Origin: an uncultured delta proteobacterium
Lineage (GTDB): Bacteria > Myxococcota_A > Polyangia > Polyangiales > Houyiibacteriaceae
Reading direction: 5' to 3'
Length of the DNA: 64,000 nt
Assembly: GCA_963792825.1 (NCBI GenBank)
Contig: CAWBXS010000005.1
Location: forward strand, 226,308 to 290,307
The notes under the pieces were generated by a model. It did not search any database. It had not been told where the DNA came from and saw nothing but the letters and a program-made list of their open reading frames with translations. Of the stretch, positions 61,224 through 64,000 are shown piece after piece. A program made the position numbers and the translations under genes. Within the stretch, counting starts at the first letter, position 1. Every line of letters starts with the position of its first letter.

Positions 61224-61730
61224 TTACAGACAGGCATCGCCCGCGCAGCCATTCACGCAGGGGTCGAAGGCAAAGTTGAGCCTGTCCTCGTTGCCTTGTG
61301 GGTCCGTCACAATCGCATCGGTTCCCCTGAGCCCGCCGTGAGGCTGGCACGTCAGGATCGTCGTGGCTGCATTGATGGCGGTGCACTCGACGGGATTCCA
61401 GCCCGTATCCGAATACGTGAGCTGTTCCAACGGTGTGTCCACGTCCGTCGCGGTGATCTTGACCTCGATCTCCCCGGCCTCGAGGGAAATGTTGCAAGGC
61501 AGCTGCCAGGTCCACTCGACCTTCTCAATCACGGGTGCGGCGCCGCCGCCACCGCCCGAGCCTCCCGAACCCGCGGAACCTCCGGTGCCAGCGCTACCAC
61601 CGGAGCCACCGCTGCCACCAGAGCCCGCACTTCCGCCGGCGCCGCCTGAGCTTTCGCCGTTACTGTCGCAACCGATCGCAGCAGCGCCGAGGGCGCACAC
61701 GCACACCACGAACACAAACAAAGAACGCAT
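61224..61730 (-). CDS. Island-type small lipoprotein: lipobox + Gly/Ser tether + single Cys-bounded Ig-like module
   Basis: MRSLFVFVVCVCALGAAAIGC; about 40 aa of GGSGGS-type tether; then PVIEKVEWTWQLPCNISLEAGEIEVKITATDVDTPLEQLTYSDTGWNPVECTAINAATTILTC... Confidence 0.7.
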   Translation of the reverse strand: MRSLFVFVVCVCALGAAAIGCDSNGESSGGAGGSAGSGGSGGSGGSAGTGGSAGSGGSGGGGGAAPVIEKVEWTWQLPCNISLEAGEIEVKITATDVDTPLEQLTYSDTGWNPVECTAINAATTILTCQPHGGLRGTDAIVTDPQGNEDRLNFAFDPCVNGCAGDACL

Positions 61731-61955
61731 GGAAACCTCCTCGTGTAAGGTGTCTTCATCAAACAGCTAGCACACCCACTCCGTGCTTCGGCGATGCACG
61801 TGGCATGCCAACGCGAGTCGGCGCTTCTCGAGCGTCTTCATCGGGTTCTCGATGGGTTTCGTCGGGAGTGAGCGCGCAGGTTCTGCGTCTCCCGCCCTTG
61901 TGGCGCACGCAGTGCGCCGGGTGCCTGGCTCTTTCGAGACTGAGCCGGATACCGC

Positions 61956-64000
61956 TCAGGGGGTGGCCCCGCCCGTCAGCGCTCGTTCGACGATCTCGGC
62001 GACGTCTTTCGAGAGAGTCGGCCACGAAGCAATGCGTTCGAGCTCGGACTTCATGAGCGAGCGCCTGCCAGGCTCGTAGCGCTTCCACTGGTTGAAGCTC
62101 GACACGATGCGGGCGGCCACCTGAGGGTTGAGGGCATCGAGCTTCAGGATCTGGTCGGCGATGAATCGGTACGCACCGCCATCGGCTCGGTGGAAACCGG
62201 ACGGATTTCCAGCGGCGAAAGAATACAAGAGCGACCGAGCGCGGTTTGGATTCGTGAGGTGGAAGTCTTCGTGTTGCGAGAGGGCAACCACCCGGTCGAA
62301 TGACGCCGGCGCACTGGACATGGCTTGGATGCGAAACCACTTGTCCAACACGAGCGGGTCGTTCCTCCATCGTTCATAAAACTCGTCGATTGCCCGGTTC
62401 GTCTGGGCGGAAACCAGGTCGACCAAGCTCATGAAAGCAGCCTCGTAATCGGTCATCACCGTTGCGGTGCGGAACTGCTGAGCGGCCATGGCGAGGGTCT
62501 TGGGCTCCTCGAGCGCGACCAGGTAGTGAAGCGCACGATTCTTCAGGCGGCGGCGGTCGACCTCGAGCTTGTCGATCGCGTCGGAGCCGTGAGCGTTCTC
62601 CGCGTAGGTCTGCATCAGCTCGCCGCGAAGCTCGGCAGCGATTGTCCGGACGGCGAAGCGCCGCGCCCGGTGCACTGCATCCGGATCGACGACGTCGAGC
62701 TCCTGCGCCAACAACTCCTCGGACGGAAGCGTCAGCGTCAGGGACTTGATCGAACCGTCGAGGCTCGAATCGGAGAGCACCTTTCGAAAGGCGTGTACGA
62801 GCCCGTGATCGAGCTGGAGCGGCTGGTTCTCGAGGACGCGATGGACCAACTCGAGCAAGACTCGTTTGGAGAGCTCCTGTCCCGCCTCCCAGCGATTGAA
62901 CGAATCGGAGTCGTGCGCCATCAGAAAGGCGAGCTCCTCGTGATCGCGCTCGACCTCGAGCTTGATCGGGGCGGAAAAGCCCCGCCCGATCGAGGCCACC
63001 GGACGCTCGGGTACGTTCTGAAACGAGAAGGTCTGCTCTGCTTCGATGAGATCGAGGGTGCGAACCGAGCCGGGAATGTCCTTGCCATCTGCACCCAACA
63101 GACCGACTCGAAGCGGGATCGGGAGCGGTTTGGGCGAAGGTTGCTCGGGCAAAGCGCGTTGGGACTGGGTGAGTGTGAGGGTGTAGACCAACGCAACCTC
63201 GTCCCATACGCCGTGCGCCCGCACCACAGGCGTCCCGGCCTGCAGGTACCAGCGCTCGAATTGATCGAGATCGACGCCGTTCGCGTCGGCCATCGCCTGA
63301 CGAAAATCGTCGCATGTGACCGCGCATCCGTCGTGTCGAGCGAGATAGTGCCGAAGGCCCGCACGAAAACCCTTCCGGCCGAGGAGGGTCTGGTAGAGCC
63401 GCACCACCTCGGCGCCCTTCTCGTACACCGTCGCGGTATAGAAGTTGCTCATCTCGACGTACGACTCGGGCCGGATCGGATGCGCAAGCGGGCCGGCATC
63501 CTCCGCAAACTGCGCAGTGCGAAGCCGGGTTACGTCTTTGATTCGCTGCACGGCCCGCGAGGTCATGTCGGCCGAGAACTCCTGATCACGGAAGACCGTG
63601 AGACCTTCTTTGAGCGTGAGCTGAAACCAATCGCGGCAGGTCACCCGGTTCCCGGTCCAGTTGTGAAAATACTCGTGGGCCACGACTCCCTGAATGCCTT
63701 CGTAATCGTCGTCGGTGGCGGTCGCGGGCTTCGCGAGCACGAACTTCGAGTTGAAGATGTTCAGGCCCTTGTTCTCCATCGCCCCCATGTTGAAATCGTT
63801 GACGGCGACGATCATGTAGACGTCGAGATCGTACTCGAGGCCGTAGGTTTCCTCGTCCCACTTCATGGCGGCTTGGAGGGACGCGAGCGCATGGTCGCAC
63901 TTGTCGATGTTCTCGGGCTCCACCCAAATCTCGAGCGCCACCTCCCGCCCCGACGCGGTCGTGAACCTCCCTCGATGGCAGACCAGATTTCCCGCCACCA
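61956..64000 (-). CDS. pepN: Aminopeptidase N (M1 family), C-terminal ~680 aa; the N-terminus lies beyond the right edge
   Basis: GAMENKGLNIFN exopeptidase motif and the HEYFHNWTGNRVTCRDWFQLTLKEGLTVF (HExxH-18-E) zinc site. The ORF reaches the window end. Confidence 0.95.
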   Translation of the reverse strand, partial: VAGNLVCHRGRFTTASGREVALEIWVEPENIDKCDHALASLQAAMKWDEETYGLEYDLDVYMIVAVNDFNMGAMENKGLNIFNSKFVLAKPATATDDDYEGIQGVVAHEYFHNWTGNRVTCRDWFQLTLKEGLTVFRDQEFSADMTSRAVQRIKDVTRLRTAQFAEDAGPLAHPIRPESYVEMSNFYTATVYEKGAEVVRLYQTLLGRKGFRAGLRHYLARHDGCAVTCDDFRQAMADANGVDLDQFERWYLQAGTPVVRAHGVWDEVALVYTLTLTQSQRALPEQPSPKPLPIPLRVGLLGADGKDIPGSVRTLDLIEAEQTFSFQNVPERPVASIGRGFSAPIKLEVERDHEELAFLMAHDSDSFNRWEAGQELSKRVLLELVHRVLENQPLQLDHGLVHAFRKVLSDSSLDGSIKSLTLTLPSEELLAQELDVVDPDAVHRARRFAVRTIAAELRGELMQTYAENAHGSDAIDKLEVDRRRLKNRALHYLVALEEPKTLAMAAQQFRTATVMTDYEAAFMSLVDLVSAQTNRAIDEFYERWRNDPLVLDKWFRIQAMSSAPASFDRVVALSQHEDFHLTNPNRARSLLYSFAAGNPSGFHRADGGAYRFIADQILKLDALNPQVAARIVSSFNQWKRYEPGRRSLMKSELERIASWPTLSKDVAEIVERALTGGATP

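Overview
This 64-kb window comes from a visibly GC-rich bacterial chromosome (about two-thirds G+C by eye, not computed). The gene content includes Myxococcus-type cysteine-rich repeats, dozens of Cys-rich putative lipoproteins, an Anbu/ATP-grasp/transglutaminase cluster and sterol-type enzymes. This suggests Myxococcota, which is an inference. No rRNA, tRNA, CRISPR array, transposase, integrase or reverse transcriptase was recognised.

Layout:
- 1-10.4 kb: an SDR/MDR pair, then the conserved but functionally unresolved Anbu proteasome-like + circularly permuted ATP-grasp + alpha-E + transglutaminase + DUF2126-amidoligase neighbourhood.
- 10.5-16.3 kb: housekeeping and accessory genes (ppa, an OmpA-like lipoprotein, an orphan TRAP binding protein, a Tyr phosphatase, an Ada/AlkA fusion).
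- 16.4-44.8 kb, with outliers at 53-54.2 kb and 61.2-61.7 kb: an island of about 12 modular, Cys-rich, signal-peptide/lipobox proteins.
- 44.6-64 kb: an amidohydrolase, a LysR-pirin-YqjG-VOC block, a lipid/sterol-type redox block (3beta-HSD-like, ACAD, two-domain reductase, 5alpha-reductase-like), a beta-CA-like gene and a partial pepN.

The island is the main finding. It contains a 1494-aa protein with 40 tandem cysteine-rich repeats. It also contains six clear (plus one possible) paralogs that share a roughly 290-aa C-terminal domain I cannot assign to any named family. That domain always ends ...FLVP/FPITP at or near the stop. The paralogs show tandem duplication, mosaic (gene-conversion-like) sequence tracts and two apparent +1 frameshifts. 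They also carry Gly-rich tandem-repeat tethers and reuse a terminator hairpin.

All calls rest on reading the supplied translations and the DNA by eye. No database search was possible, and identities are eyeball estimates.
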